Shown: positions 12,275 through 25,160, counted from the whole stretch's first letter. The stretch is 54,965 bases of DNA, filler included, from Basidioascus undulatus (GCA_000826855.1; 3 parts of 3 records of this genome joined end to end with filler, not necessarily neighbours in it); one strand, 5' to 3'. The notes: a model not told the origin generated them from the letters alone. A program made the numbers and translations.

Positions 12275-13251
12275 CCAGTCCGCGGGACGTGCGCTTACCG
12301 CATGCACAATTTTCGCATTCTGTGTCTGCGCGGATGCCCGCTGAGAACCCTCAAGAGTCATAGGGTCGCGTCTGAAACTGCAGGTTGACCATAGAGACTT
12401 GCCTCGCTAGTTCGGCCGCTGAGTACGTTGCCGTGGACTCGCATTCAAGTTGCGCAAAGCTCGGGAGGTTGACGGCGGCCTGCCGATCGATAGAGGCTCC
12501 GTGAGCTTCAAGGAGCTTCACAAAGCTCGGATAGATATGGATTGCACCGCTATTAGACAGAGACACGAAATCGGGAGTCGGCGGGATCGGAGAAAGTCAC
12601 GCTGACTTGGAAGATGGAATTCATTGCTGTGACAGTAGGCAGCAGCCGTGGCTGTTCAAGAACAAGATGGTTAGGACATAATTGTGGAGATCTCATGTCT
12701 GCACTGTAAAGTTTGAAACTTGTTTCCGTCGATCCGCTGGCCAGGCTTTGCCAGCCTCACGCTGAAATCTGAGTAGCAGTAGCTGATGCGTGGCCAGCGG
12801 GGCCGAATTGCCCTCATGGTAGCTTGGAAGAACGGACAACGTAAACTTTATTGATTTCTAAGTATACAAAAAGAGGAGTGGACGCTCGAGAGGAGTGTTG
12901 GGGTGAGGTGGGGAAGCAAATGGCGTATTCATGCGCGTAAGGTGCAGGTGAAATGCAGTTCGCGGCTGAGTGTGAGGGGTATGAGGATGAGAACTAGGGT
13001 ATGTAATAGGGGCTATGATATGTTTGCATATGAACATTAGAAATTGATGTGTGCCGATGTGTGAGATTGTGCTCGGGGGTACGTGAAGTATGCAACAGTA
13101 GGTCAGAGAGGGTATCATGCTTTGTGTCATAAGACTGGATATAGAGAAGGGAAAATATTAAAGACTAATTTGTAATGGAAGCTTGCGAAATGTACGGAGC
13201 CGATTTAGAAAAGTCTGACCGGGAACGGCGAGCAGCAGCTGGTGCGGAACT

Positions 13252-13955
13252 TCAAGCAGCGAACCACGCGACCTGTACTCTTCCTTGTCAGCCTAATCTA
13301 CTGCAGCAGAAGGGGATAGTTTGAATAAGACGAATGTTGACGGACGAGGTTGCATGGCTGAGGTTATGCGATGCCACCGAAACGTGAGGGGAGTGCGAAC
13401 TGACAGGGAAGAGAGAAGGAGGACGTACTACGAGACCCCACTCCTTGGTGCCAAGCTGCGAGCACAGTTGTAAGCAACGACCTATTTAACAGCTAGTATA
13501 GTTTTTGGGGAACCGTACATGGTATCCTGTCCACCATCTATGATGTGGAATGATGTTGATCACCAATTCTGTTATGCCTGATTGTTTCTCTGGACGACAC
13601 GAAAGCACGTACCCACTGACAGGATCATCAGCAATGCCAATGATATCACCGGCCCGGAAGGCTACATAAGTGATGTCAGTATAGTAATATCTCATGAAGC
13701 ATGAGAAATACCGCACCCAGGTCGCCTCGTCGCTCGGGCCACCAATCTTGCTGTAGCATAGACAGAAAAAGCTGCAGTCAGATACAGCTTTCCGGAACCA
13801 TTCTATTACAAGTACTTACAGTGGCTTGCACGAAGTACATGAGGCGGGTTCTAGTCTTGGCCATACTGGGATTTCTTGGGAACGGTTGGGAAGGCAAAGA
13901 AGGTTGGGTAGCGGATCTTCTGGTGACTGAAACAGGTGAAGATAAACTAAAGTGT
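13252..13955 (-). CDS. SH3-domain protein, 3' exons (5' end uncertain, probably further exons to ~14230)
   Basis: Small exons splice to YFVQAT|QDWWPERRGDLA|FRAGDIIGIADDPVSG|WWTGYH|LGTKEWGLV|PCNL|VAWFAA*, matching the SH3 pattern A-x-x-D...DL-x-F-x-x-GD-I-I...WW-x-G...G-L-V-P-x-N-x-V. Confidence 0.75.
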
Positions 13956-15057
13956 CGGACGTCGATTCAGGTCCCTTTTATAGGACACCAGGATGATTCA
14001 GCTGTGCATTCAGGACGATGGAGGCAGTCCGCTTGCGCCGTCAGCCGAAGACTCACTGATGCATCGGCGGAGGCCGTGCCAAAGCTGCCAAGATGCATAC
14101 ACGGGCACGGTCATCAGTGATGTTCATGATGGGAGTCGCACAGCATCAATTTTTGCGTAACAGAATATGTACGTTGCAGACACGGCGATCGATGTCGACA
14201 GTCCACGGCGAGCACAGTTCACGGTGAGCTATTTCACGGATCAGCACAGCCTCGGTGGATATGCTCTGATGCTCGTTCGTTGCCTTGTGCCCTCCCCTCC
14301 TCGAACTTTGACTCGGCATGGAATGTAGGTACTTTGAATATAAGACTTCTTGTGTATCCTTGCTCTACGAAGATGATGGAATTATTGCGAGTCAGCCGTT
14401 GTTGAGTCATGGCAACGCTGGCTGCCAGCCTAGACTATCGGGTCTTGGACACATTGAGAGAACCATAAAGTGTGATGACAGTTCAAAACTCTGATGAGTT
14501 CAATGTCTCTCAAGGTGGACTCTGTTGGTTGGCCCGGAGCAAGTCCAACAAGGCTGCGTGAAGCCCTGAGAAGCCGCCATTCACTGCTCAAGGTAGAGTC
14601 CCTTTTCACCAAGCTATGTGAGTTTTTCAGAGTATACCCCCGGCTACATCTCGGACTACATCTTGGAAACAATTTTCTTGTGGTGTGCAGCAGCCAGGCG
14701 GTCAGGTAGTCGCAGCGCCACGCTTGGTGCTGTACACTTATCCTCCACAGAGACGAATTATCCAACATGGACCTTGAAAGTCAACTTGCTCGGAGCACAG
14801 GTCTGGGTTCTGTACAAGAAATTCTGGCCTGAGAATTATTGGCAGTCAAGGTTTCCACAGTACAGCAAGCGAACAAATGTATCCATCGCCGGTAAACTTC
14901 GCGGATTTTGATTTCCCGGCTCCCTCTCACTTTCCAAGATCATCCATCTTGCTCCCTAGAGAGTCTCACAATGTCCCTCAAATATTCTAGTCTTTCAAGC
15001 AGCAGCAGCATATCTGAGTCCGTTTAAGTAGTCCGGCGCCCGATCTCAGACGCCGAA

Positions 15058-16330
15058 TTAGACATCCTCAAGTCGTTCGTGAAAAGCCTCGAGGACACCA
15101 GCTCGCAATTCTGCTGCAGTGGAAACCTCCAGTTTCCGCGTGGGAGTACTCCGAACCTGTTCTAAAAGCGCTCCGAGTCCGACGAAAGCGCCGCCGTCGC
15201 GACTTTCTGGCTGAGCCAGTCCGCGCTCGCCTTCGAGGCGACCATGCCCTCGCCCCACGGCAAGAACGGCCAGGCGGTATACGACGAGTCTTACCGCCTC
15301 GCTCGCGAGCTTACGGCCGACCGAATTGCCATCTCGGCGAGCTTGCTCTTCGCCATCGTGCGGCGGTCAAGCCCGATCCTGGACGCCGTTGCTGCGTTCA
15401 CTGCGGGAGAAGGTGAGGGCGTCGAGGCGGTGCTCTACAAGCTCAATGTCTACGGATCGGGTGGGATCTTTAACTCCCACAAGTACAAATCCAAGGGCGA
15501 GAACCACCTGAGAACGCTGATTGTCGGTCTCCCGTCGAGCCATCAAGGGGGCGCCCTCGTAGTGCGCCATCTGGGCAAGGAGATCGCTTTTGACTGGTCT
15601 GACGACGGATTGTCGAAGGGGTGCACTTCCGAAGGGACTGTGCCCTAGGCTTTTCTGTTCTCCGATGTGGAGCACGAGGTCCTTCCCGTCCAGTGCGGCT
15701 ACCGCCTCCCTCGCGTTCGACATCTTCTCGACGACGGCGGCTGCCAACCCTCGGCGCCCTCGATGCGAGCCCAGAGCCTCCGCTTCCCCTCGATGGACCT
15801 GCAGGTGGCACTCGACAGACCCACCTTCCTCCTAACGGAGGGCGCCTCGCCTTCGCGTTGCTGCACCAGTACCACGTCACAACGAAACCGTTCGCGCAGT
15901 CCTTCGCGCGGCTAGCTCAAGGGCGCGGACGCCTCGCTTTACTGCGGCCTTCTAGCCGCTGGTCTTGAGACCCGTAGTCAAAGCGGTGTTTCCTCTGGAG
16001 AAGATCGACTTTCACGTGGTCGATGTTGACCCGTCGCCTGGCCGGACGACGGGTATGGCCCAGACCACGGGCGGCGCGGACTGGTGTACATTGCCCAAAA
16101 GTTCCGACTGGAGGAGACCGATTGGCAGGTTCAGACGGACCAGGAGGGCCCTCTGGAATGATCCAGGAGGAGCTGGGAACAAAATCGAAAAGAACATCGT
16201 CTGTGCGTACTGCATTCTTACGCGGTAACTGAGGAGGCTGATGGGACGGCCTGAACAGGGTGCCGCCGACAAAGCGAAAAGAACATGAGCATCGCCCGGC
16301 ACTACCTCGCTTATGGGAACGCGGCCATTC
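15058..16330 (+). pseudogene. 2OG-Fe(II) oxygenase (prolyl-4-hydroxylase-like fungal family) pseudogene
   Basis: LYKLNVYGSGGIFNSHKY...TLIVGLPSSHQGGALVVRH...*AFLFSDVEHEVLPVQCGYR. The HxD iron motif reads HKY, there is an in-frame TAG at 15646-15648 where Trp is expected, and a frameshift follows GYR. A later remnant YLAYGN is at ~16300. Confidence 0.85.
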
Positions 16331-16661
16331 GAGCCCGTAGAACTGGAGGGTCCCCTAGCAGCCCTCTTTCGGGCGTGCCGGAGCGAGGAGCCCGAGGGTA
16401 GGCCGACTCTCGAGGAGATCATCCCTGCCCTCGAGTCAATAAGACTTCTGTAGTACGGCGTCTACCCTGGCCCGCGTTAGCTGCCAGATTTTGAAAATTA
16501 TCCTACAACACATGACTTGGGATTCACCCTCCTCATCCTAGATTCTATCAACTTCCTTCGCGTTCTCTCCGACCTGCCTGATAGCGTAGCAGAGCTCGCA
16601 AGGGTAGCCAGTAAGTTCTCAGAAGGACTCCTTACTTTCCCTGGCTGGGAGTGAGAGTCTC

Positions 16662-16698
16662 ATCCTCAAGCTCAGGCTCGTCCTCAAGCTCAGGCTCA
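16662..16698. repeat. 18-bp tandem duplication
   Basis: TCCTCAAGCTCAGGCTCG followed by TCCTCAAGCTCAGGCTCA. Confidence 0.8.
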
Positions 16699-18265
16699 TG
16701 GTGACCGGAGTCGGTAATACCCGCAAGTGCGAGGACTTCGGCGCTAGCAACGAGGCGACGGCTGGCACCGGTGCTCCGCACCCTGGTTGGGAGCCTCAGG
16801 ACCCTTCACATCCGAGGTACCCGTAAGGAGCGCAGAGTTGTGGGTGAGGCTGAAGGTCCAGTCATCCTTGTTAGTGCCAGACACGGGCTCGCCAGTGCAC
16901 TTCACCCAGATCTCGCTGAGAATGGCACAGACCAGACTCTTCCCGTCCACGTTAACGAGCACGTCGCGGAGCTTGATGTTATACACATCACCCTGCGAGT
17001 TGATGGTGCTCCAGATGCACTCGGTGGGGATCGAGCCCTGACGAGGGGCGATCCTCCAGAACGGTACGATTCCCGTTAAACCCGAGCTGCCCCAGGAGGT
17101 TGCGTCCCCTGAGGCTCGCCAACCTCCTCTAGACCGGATCACCGATACAAGGCGATCTCAACCGCCCCGCTCACGATCTCGAGTCGGACCTTTGTACGTA
17201 GAACGACATCTGTGTGTCGGAAGTCCCCTGGCGTTCCCTGCAGTCCTTCTAGGGAGACACAAGGCGCCGGATTTCGAAGCCCGCTAAGTCGTCGGTCGGG
17301 CCTTCCGATGGTACGTGGGGCAGTTTCCACAATGCAGGCCTGACTCGCCTGATGTCCGCCGACGCGCTCTGCACTCGTTCCTAGGAGGGAACACGCGCCG
17401 GGACCCCCCTAAGTGAAGGCTTGAAGAGTCGTCGGAGAAGAGCTGGAAGATCGTCGAGGGGCGGGAGGCCTCGATAGACGCATCACCTCTTCTTCCACAT
17501 ACCTGACAAGGATTCGACGATGTTACTGAGAGTGGTCTTTTGAGTTAATCGGGTAAAGCTACCCCTTCAGCTCTGGAAGATTTCCAGCTCAGGATCCACT
17601 GCGTAGCGACCGACCACCAGGCCACGGCGGACTGGAAGGCAGTCTGCCTGGGCAGCCTTCATCTGCTGCCGGACTTCTATACCGCTTGGATATTTAAGCC
17701 TGTATAGCTTATCAGAGCAGTGTTTAGACCTCTTATAAGCTGCTGTTCTGGTGCTAAGCCACGCGCGGCCCTGCCCGTGAGCCTGGGAAGCCGCTGCGCT
17801 TTGGGGTGTCTTCCGTCTTGCCCACTGCATAGTGTACGCCGCTGACTTGGGTGGTGCCTGAAATTCGAGAATACAAACCTGATGTTCTATTTATTCACTC
17901 TGTGACCGCTTGGACACCTAAGGGGACCAACGCGCAGAGATAAGCAGCGAGGCACGCTTACATGCGAGCGAGCACATCCCATTGCCCTTCAACACTCTTA
18001 CCCACCTTTTCCCGCATCCAACTCTCACACCACAACCAGTACTCCAGCCGAGCCAGCACACCCACACCCAACAGCCCCGCAACCAAACCCGCTCGCTTTC
18101 GCACCGCACGGACAGCGTGCATGCATGCATTCCTTTCTTCTCCTTCTCCCGTCATCTCCCTATCCCCTTCCCATCCCCGCACATCCCCACCCTCGTCCCC
18201 CTTCGATTCAATCACTCCCGCTGAGCTGCGGGTGACCGCATCGAAGAGCTTGAACTTTCCTCTTT

Positions 18266-18365
18266 NNNNNNNNNNNNNNNNNNNNNNNNNNNNNNNNNNN
18301 NNNNNNNNNTTAATTAATTAANNNNNNNNNNNNNNNNNNNNNNNNNNNNNNNNNNNNNNNNNNNN
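18266..18365. other. Artificial assembly gap/linker
   Basis: 44 N + TTAATTAATTAA (stop codons in all six frames) + 44 N = 100 bp. Confidence 0.99.
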
Positions 18366-18564
18366 GAGCAGGAGGAGGGTGTTTATTGTGCGGGAGGGGG
18401 AGGGGGGGGTGAAGAAAGAAGAGGAGGAGGGGGAGGAGAGGAAGCCGGATGTGGCGAAGCTGGAGGAGAGAGAGAAGAAGGGGGTGGTGGAGGAGAAGCC
18501 GCTGTTTAAGAAGAGGAAGGGCGCACCGGCGGGGGCAAGGGGTGGGGGGAAGAGGAGGATTTAG
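18366..18564 (+). CDS. Partial CDS, C-terminus of a charged nuclear protein (possibly WBP4/FBP21-like), 5' part lost in the gap
   Basis: Open frame from the gap edge: ...VKKEEEEGEERKPDVAKLEE...EEKPLFKKRKGAPAGARGGGKRRI*. A terminal FKKRK motif is typical of fungal U1-type zinc-finger WBP4-like proteins but is not diagnostic. Confidence 0.45.
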
Positions 18565-19566
18565 TGCGTAGAGTGAGGAGATTGATGCGCGTTCTTGAGG
18601 ACTTGGGGCGTCGAGTGTGCAGCGAGGCGTTGGAGCGAAAGAGACAGGCTCCCGCGGCGTAGCGGCTTTGGGGGCTTCTTACGCAGATGCGGGTGCGCTG
18701 GTAAGGGTGACAGTCATGAATGTTAGCATTCGCACACCGACGCTCATTGTCGGATGCGAAGATATCTGAGGGCGAGGTGCGAGCTGGGCGGGCGCTGGAA
18801 GATGCATGCATGCTTGATTCCGGCTGCGAGAGTTAGAGACCCGACCACAACTCGCGATGCCCACGTTGGCCTGCATTTTATCGCAAGGCTTCTCAAATTC
18901 AATCGACGAAGTTCAATCGACGAAGTTCAATTGATGCAGAGTGAATAAGGTACTGGACAGCTCTGCGACGTCATGTAGGGCCTAATCAGTTCGGCCTCGT
19001 GAGTCAGCTGCGCTGTACAACATGAGGCTCCACTCTTTCACACTTGTACTTCCAGAGAGGAGTCAGACTGTACGGCGGCCCTTTCAAGGTACAGGACCAG
19101 GCGGCAGAGCGGGCTCAGCGAGCTCTGCCGAACATTACTGAGAAGAAGGCAGTCTGGCAACAGCTGCAAACCAGCAGCTTTGAGTGGCTGTTGTGCAGCA
19201 CATGGCTGCAAAACTCCCTTTCGGTATCATATCTTACCGCTAGCTCGGCCATGTTCGACGAGCGCGAGCGGCCCACCCTTTAGCCGTCCGATCCGCCCCA
19301 GGCCTGCCTGCCATCTCTCAGAACGGCTTGATAAAGTACAAAAGGTCGCATGCGAGCCTCTTTCTCTTCCTTCCCTATCTCTATCTCTATCATGGGTTTC
19401 AAATCGCGGTTGACTATGAGCCCTTCCGAGGTGCTGATCAGATATTCAGTCGTCACTCCCTCCCACTAAGCCGCCGAGGCGGCAGACACCCACAAGCTGC
19501 AAATCGCGGGCATGCTTGTACCCGGCTCCGCCTCGCTTGGTAACTCGAGTTCCAACCACTGTTCAC

Positions 19567-20259
19567 TTAATAAACACTGAGTTCATCCAACTTCCCCCGC
19601 ACCACACACAGCAGGAGACTCCGACCCCAAGCAGCCGTGATAGTCGACCTCACGTCCAAGCTCGAAGGGGTGTCTTCAACGATGCCGGCAACGCTGGCCG
19701 ACAAGCAGAACAAGCTGAGGTCTGCATCTGCAGCAGATCTTGCGGCCAAGTTCTCAATTGGGTGTCCCTCGTGCTGGTGGGATGGGAGATGGGCGTGCGG
19801 CCTCATGCTAGGAGGCCGTGAGGGAATGAGGTGGGCTATGGAGAGGAGGGGCGGGGAGTCGCAGATTGTGATAAGGCGGACGAGAAACACAAGTCTGGAG
19901 AGGGAGGACGGATGTGCTGCTTTCACGCACGTAAGCTTGCGTTCGAGTGGGATGGGAACTGAAGAAGTAGCGCTCGCGGAGGGGCGAGCGGGAGCGGGTG
20001 CGTCCAAAACAGCATCAAGGGGATTTTACACGCTGAGGCGGAGTCTCGAGAACTGGGACGTCAGCAGGAGCAGAAGTGGGAACGGGATTCGTTTGACGGC
20101 GGCCATGCCCAAGAGGGACTGCTCCGCTACGTGGGCCATGTGGCGGTGCGGAAAAGCGGCGTCGGGCTGAGCATACCAGCCAACATCTGCCTCGGCTGCG
20201 AGCCCGAGGATGTCAGACAGTACGTCCTCTGGAAGGTCGTCCCCGATGAGCTTGGACAT
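19567..20259 (-). pseudogene. F-box-like family gene relic (paralog of 27560-28286)
   Basis: MSKLIGDDLPEDVLSDILGLAAEADVGWYAQPDAAFPHRHMA. In-frame TAA at 20026-20028, after which the same frame continues as ORF 19567..20007. Confidence 0.55.
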
Positions 20260-20272
20260 TGGAATATGGTTG

Positions 20273-20318
20273 TTGTGTGTGTGCGGCTGTGTGTATGTGT
20301 GCGTCTGTGTGTGTGTGG
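20273..20318. repeat. Imperfect (TG)n microsatellite
   Basis: TTGTGTGTGTGCGGCTGTGTGTATGTGTGCGTCTGTGTGTGTGTGG. Confidence 0.75.
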
Positions 20319-20875
20319 CGATGTGAGGGTAATCTGCAGAGTACTGTCGGGGTCCAAAGGACCCGGACGGTGGACGGCTGCAAACTGTACGAGGTCACTC
20401 ATGCTCGCATGCCCATCCAAAACCTTGATAGCTTGACCCTGGCGCCACGTATGCAGGCTTGAAGAAAAGTGCAAGTCGCCGGATGCGTCATGAAGTTTCG
20501 ATGCGCGACCGACAGCCTTCACTCTGTTTCGAGTTGCTTTGTTCTCTTCTTTCTGTGCCTCATAGCAGAACTTTGGTGTTGAGAATGAGGGGCGAACGCT
20601 GGCACAAGCTGATCAACCAATCGCAGCGGAAAGGGACTCGAATTAACCAGCAGCCGTCCCTGGGAGAACAGACGCTCGGAGACAAGGTGCAGTGCCCCAA
20701 TTCTACCTTTTAGCCAATGAAAGAAGTGCATAGGAATCTGGGAGCTACAAAGTACATGTGCCGAGTCAGGCCAACCAACGAGCCTACGTCCGCAACCGCA
20801 AAGCGCACAGCGTCCTTTGCACACCCCCTGCTCCCTTCCATCTCCTCCCCTCCCGCAACCTGCCTCCTAAAACCT

Positions 20876-23223
20876 TCACGCCCCATGCCTCCCCAAAGGC
20901 GACTGCAACCGCCTAAAGAAGCTCGCGAGGACCTTGCCGCCTGCCTCGCCCCTGTTCCTCCCGCCCACCGCCTAGGTGAGGACGTCGCTTTTCCAGAACG
21001 AGAGGAAAAGCGAGGAGAAGGGGGGGATGGTAGGATGGGGAGAAGGGGGACGGAAAACACGCACCACTCCCCGTTCGCCACTTCCTTACACGCATCCTCA
21101 AATGCCTCCTGCCCCGCGACGTCCTCCCACTCGCGCATCACATACTCCCTCACCGCGTCGTGCTGCCCACCCTCACCCCGACATCAATTCCTCGTTCTCC
21201 CACAAACCCAAAGCGATCAAAGTACACCAAGAAGAAGGGGAGGGGATGAGGAGAGAACCAAACGCACCAGTTCATCAAACATACATGTCGCCAGGAGCAC
21301 CGCAAATGCGTTCCGGGGTGTTAGCCCCGCGCCAACGTGCTCGAGCGCCGTCTGCGCGAGCGCGGGGAGGGCGTAGCGGTGGGCGATGCGGTAGACGTCG
21401 AGCGCGGAGGGGGGCGGGGGAGCGGCTGTGTGGTGCGCGTGCGGGTCCGCGCTTGGGTTCACTGCCGCTGCGGGTGCAGGCGGGGGAGAGGGGTTGCGGG
21501 AAGGGACGGGGATGGAGGATGGCTTTGGGGGGGCGGAGGAGGTCGAGGCGGCGGTGGTCGTGGTCGTGGTGGTGACGGGCGATGTGGGGTTCGACTTGGT
21601 GATAGCCAAACTAGCGAGCATCTCTGGCGTTGCGCGCCCGGAGGAGACGCCGCGCGCGTGGGATGAGGTCGTCGCCGAGAGCTGACTTTCGGGCTTGCGC
21701 GCGGGCGTCTTCGCAGCCGAGGCGGGCGCGGGCGCGGGAGGGGGGGGAAGGAGGGAGAGCGGGTCGTGCCAGGCCCATTCGGAGAAGGTGGATGTGGGCG
21801 CGGCCGGGAGCGTTGGCGGGAGGTCAAGCGTGAGGGAGGAGGACGGGGAGGGCGAGGTGAGAGGGGAGAACTCGATCTCGTCTGTGTATAGGAAGCGGAT
21901 GACCTGCGTGGGCGTGCAGGTCAGCGAGAACGGAAGGAATCGCAAGGTTGGAAGAAAAAGGCGAACGAGGGCGCACGCACCCAGTACACCGTCGCCCACT
22001 CCGCGTCCTCCACTCTCACCTCCTGCCACCGTCCCTCCCTCCTGCCCACCGCCTCCGCAAACTCCCCCTCCAGCATAGTCGCAAAGTACTCGCTCCGCCT
22101 CTTCAGAATATCCGAGTTCGCGTAGATCGCGCGGCGGCGCCGGAGCGCCGGGTTGGTCGGGTGCGCCTCGAAGCACAGGATGCGCACATCCGACGTCGCG
22201 GGGTTGTCTAGCGAGCTTTCGAGCCCCGCGAGAAGGCTGCGGGGGACGTAGTGCACTGAAGGCAGCTCCGGGAAGGGCGGCGATAGGGGCGAATGGATTT
22301 GCACTATTAGGGTGAAGGAGTTGGAGGCGCTGATGCGCGGGTTGGAGAGAAGGGTGGGGAGAGGGGGGAGGGTGCGGCATTCTGCGTGTGAAGGCGAAAG
22401 GAGATCAGCGGGTGGGGATGGGTGTGGAGAGGGAGGAGGCGCACCCCAGACTTCTTGGTCCCGCTGGAAGACAAAGCCTGTCTCCCACTCACGCCATACC
22501 CACTCGCCGCGCCGGCTGGGCGGCGTCGAGGGGACCTTGACGCCGACCATGCAGGATACCTTGAGCGCAGCAATCGAGAGGTATAGACGTGAGAAATAGA
22601 TGAGAGAGAAAAGGCAGGGATGGACGATACCTCGATCGAGTAGTCCGCGGGCGCGTAGTCGAGCGTGAGCGACGTCAGACAGAGGACGAGGTTGGACGGG
22701 GAGGGCGAAGTCGATGTGGTCGCGGAGTTGCGCACTATGCCGTACGAATTAGTTCCTCTTCATGACCATTCCAAGTGAAAGACGCACGCAGCTCCAGACG
22801 CCATTTCCCATCCCCAAAGAAGCAAGGCTGCGGTAGCGCGCCGCCGCTCTCGCAGGCCTTCCTGCGCCCCTCATTCTCGTCCTCGCCCACCTGCACCTCC
22901 TCCTGAATCTCCCTCACATCCTTAATGACCCACTCCAGTCCCACAAAGGTCCACTCCCGCACGCCCGTGTCCGGCTGCGACGGCGTGCTCGCCGCGGGCG
23001 TGCCCCGCTCGCCGTACGCCGTGAAGACGTCCGTCCCGGACGACGAGGACGGCCGGAGCGGGGACGGCCGCGGCGCGAGAGACCGGCTCGGGGGGGAGCC
23101 GAAGGTGAATGGGGGCGAGGCGCCGAGGGAAGACGAGGGGCGGAAGGCTGAGAGACCAGAGAGGGAGGATGGGCGCGAGGAGGACGAGCGGGTGAAGGAG
23201 AACGCTGGAGGGGTCGTCGTCAT
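20876..23223 (-). CDS. MATH-like plus BTB/POZ domain protein (Cullin-3 adaptor type)
   Basis: ATG 23223 (MTTTPPAF). MATH-like LEWVIKD...FGDGKWRLEL. BTB core SDVRILC...AIYANSDILKRRSEYFATMLEGEFAE...VEDAEWATVYW|VIRFLYTDEIEF, a low-complexity insert, then ALDVYRIAHRYALPALA. Last exons HDAVREYVMREWEDV...GEW|GEAGGKVLASFFRRLQSPLGRHGA*. Confidence 0.9.
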
Positions 23224-23422
23224 CGTTGGCAACGGCGAAGGCGAGGGGGGTCGACGAGCTCGACAAGGGTTCGTAAGGGTGCGAGACAGGGGTTCGATAG
23301 TGGAAGTTGAGGGCAAGAGGCAAGGCAGACAACGGAGAGGAGGCGAACCCGAAGCACGTGCGATTGTTGAGACATAGTCGACATCGCAACTTCAGAGTTG
23401 AGATATGCAGAGCAACATTATC

Positions 23423-24759
23423 TCAATCCCATTTTTCTTGAAGAAAGGCAAAGTAAACATAGGGATAACTTGTGGGAACTGGCCATAGCCCAGAGATATG
23501 TTCGCAAATGGAACTGCTCGTCCCAGTCACACAGCTCTCTCTTAACTGCACCTCAAGCGGCTTTGAAGAGATGTAGAGCCTCATTCTGTCTAGAAGTGTA
23601 TCAGAAAGTATAAGAGAACCTGGAGGGCATGTTGTCAGGTTCATCTACCGGATCAGGATGCTAGGAGGTAAGTCAACCTTCGCATGTCCCGGTGGACACG
23701 ATAGCCTGCAATCCGCAGCACTCTTCGTGGACACATGCATAGATAAAAGATGCAGTGAGGTATTTGAGCGATCAAATGCTTCACAGTTCCATACAAACCA
23801 AACATTCATAACGGCACAAATGCATGCTTCAGCCTGCGGCCATAGTCAGCCCCGCTCGGCTCAGTCGCCCCCACACTTCATAAGGACAAACTCTCCGTGC
23901 GCTGTTCCCATAAAAGACCCGCGAAGGCCATATCCATAGCGTTGTCGTGAAATCGATGAGAGGCCAAATGAGAGACCCGCACGACTTCACCTGAGCAATT
24001 TGTTGATCACCAGTCTTTTGAGCGCTCCTGCGCTGCCTTCCTAGTAGCCCCGCCGCCATAGCCACTGTGGTAGACGAATAGGTACCGTCTCAAAGAAGAG
24101 CTTTTCGCCACGAACTCCTGAAAGGGCCGCAGCGAGGCGATGCCCTCCGAGCGATTGAATAGTGGATGATGGTTTGTTTACAAGCACCTCGATAAATGGT
24201 AAGCGGATTAGCCAAGCGAGATAGAGATCGCCCGGACATATGCGGGGAAGGCAGGCCAGACGCTGCAAGCGGTTGCCAAGTCGAGTATCAAGGTTGCCGC
24301 ACGGATTGCCGCACGGACAGACAAGCTCCTCGAGGCGCCCTCAAATGGCGAATCGCTTGCAGCACTGTCTGGGGGGACCCTGGGCAGCGCGCTCGAAAGA
24401 TTGACAAGTAGCAAACCGTTTGAGGGTGTCCTTGACGGGTTCAAGGAGTGCGCCCAGCAGCAGCAGGGCAGAGAATTCGTACTCTCCGAGAACTGACTGA
24501 TATACGCAAACGAGCGGACAAGCGATAGGAGCATGGGTTGGCTCTGCAGCGTGCCGGCGAATGTACCGAGCTGGCTTCGGGAAGAGATCACGACAGACTC
24601 GTATAACTTCGCGCGAGTGATAGGCAAGAACACGCGAGAGACGAGACAAAGCGAGGCGAGCGTCTTCCAGTCGCGGATGTACGAGAGCAAGTGAGTGGGT
24701 TCGGCAGCGAGCTCGATGATGCGGTGATAGATCTCGAGAGGAAGAGCTGGGATCTCCAT
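23423..24759 (-). pseudogene. F-box-like/LRR-type gene, intact N-terminus with decayed 3' part
   Basis: MEIPALPLEIYHRIIELAA...WKTLASLCLVSRVFLPITRAKLYESVVI...LLSLVRSF is the typical basidiomycete F-box-like start. Downstream frames break with several stops; the 3' limit is approximate. Confidence 0.6.
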
Positions 24760-25058
24760 GGTACGAAAATGATGCGGGAAGGAATGCCTCGAGTAAGTGA
24801 GTGAGTAAGTGGCCGCAAGGGTGCAGAGATGATGAAGGTCTGCGGGCAAGGTCCCCCGCCCGGCCCCGGACGCCTCAGACTCATCCAGATGCAGCTGTCT
24901 GGAAGCCCCGATTCTTCATTTACTTCTAAAAGTGTATAACCAAATCCTAATCATCTCATGCCATATACTGAGGATTTGAGATAAAATCAACGGGAACGAT
25001 ATGAGGCAATACAGTGTTTGTTTCCGTCTTGTATTAAGTATCAAATAATTTTTACGAC

Positions 25059-25150
25059 TCTCCGGTGGCGCAATTGGCTAGCGCGTCCGACTGTTACTAC
25101 TATTGATAGTGGTGATCGGGAGGTTGTGAGTTCGAGTCTCACCTGGAGAG
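25059..25150 (+). tRNA. trnN-GUU: tRNA-Asn (anticodon GTT) with an 18-nt intron
   Basis: Acceptor stem TCTCCGG/CTGGAGA plus discriminator G, D arm GCGC..GCGC, anticodon stem TCCGA/TCGGG with GTT at 25093-25095, intron 25097-25114 at position 37/38, T arm GTGAG-TTCGAGT-CTCAC. Confidence 0.95.
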
Positions 25151-25155
25151 TTCAC

Positions 25156-25160
25156 TTTTT
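25156..25160 (+). terminator. RNA polymerase III oligo-T terminator of tRNA-Asn
   Basis: TTTTT 5 nt after the tRNA 3' end; a T7 run follows at ~25174-25180. Confidence 0.75.

Noticed and set aside
16950..17000. IKLRDVLVNV as a Copia protease-region motif
   Set aside because: No nearby DSGA, integrase, reverse transcriptase or LTR evidence.
18310..18321. TTAATTAATTAA palindrome (also 36665-36676)
   Set aside because: Synthetic six-frame stop linker inside N padding, not biological.
18898..18932. 14-bp tandem repeat TTCAATCGACGAAG, about 2.4 copies
   Set aside because: Simple local slippage duplication with no further structure.
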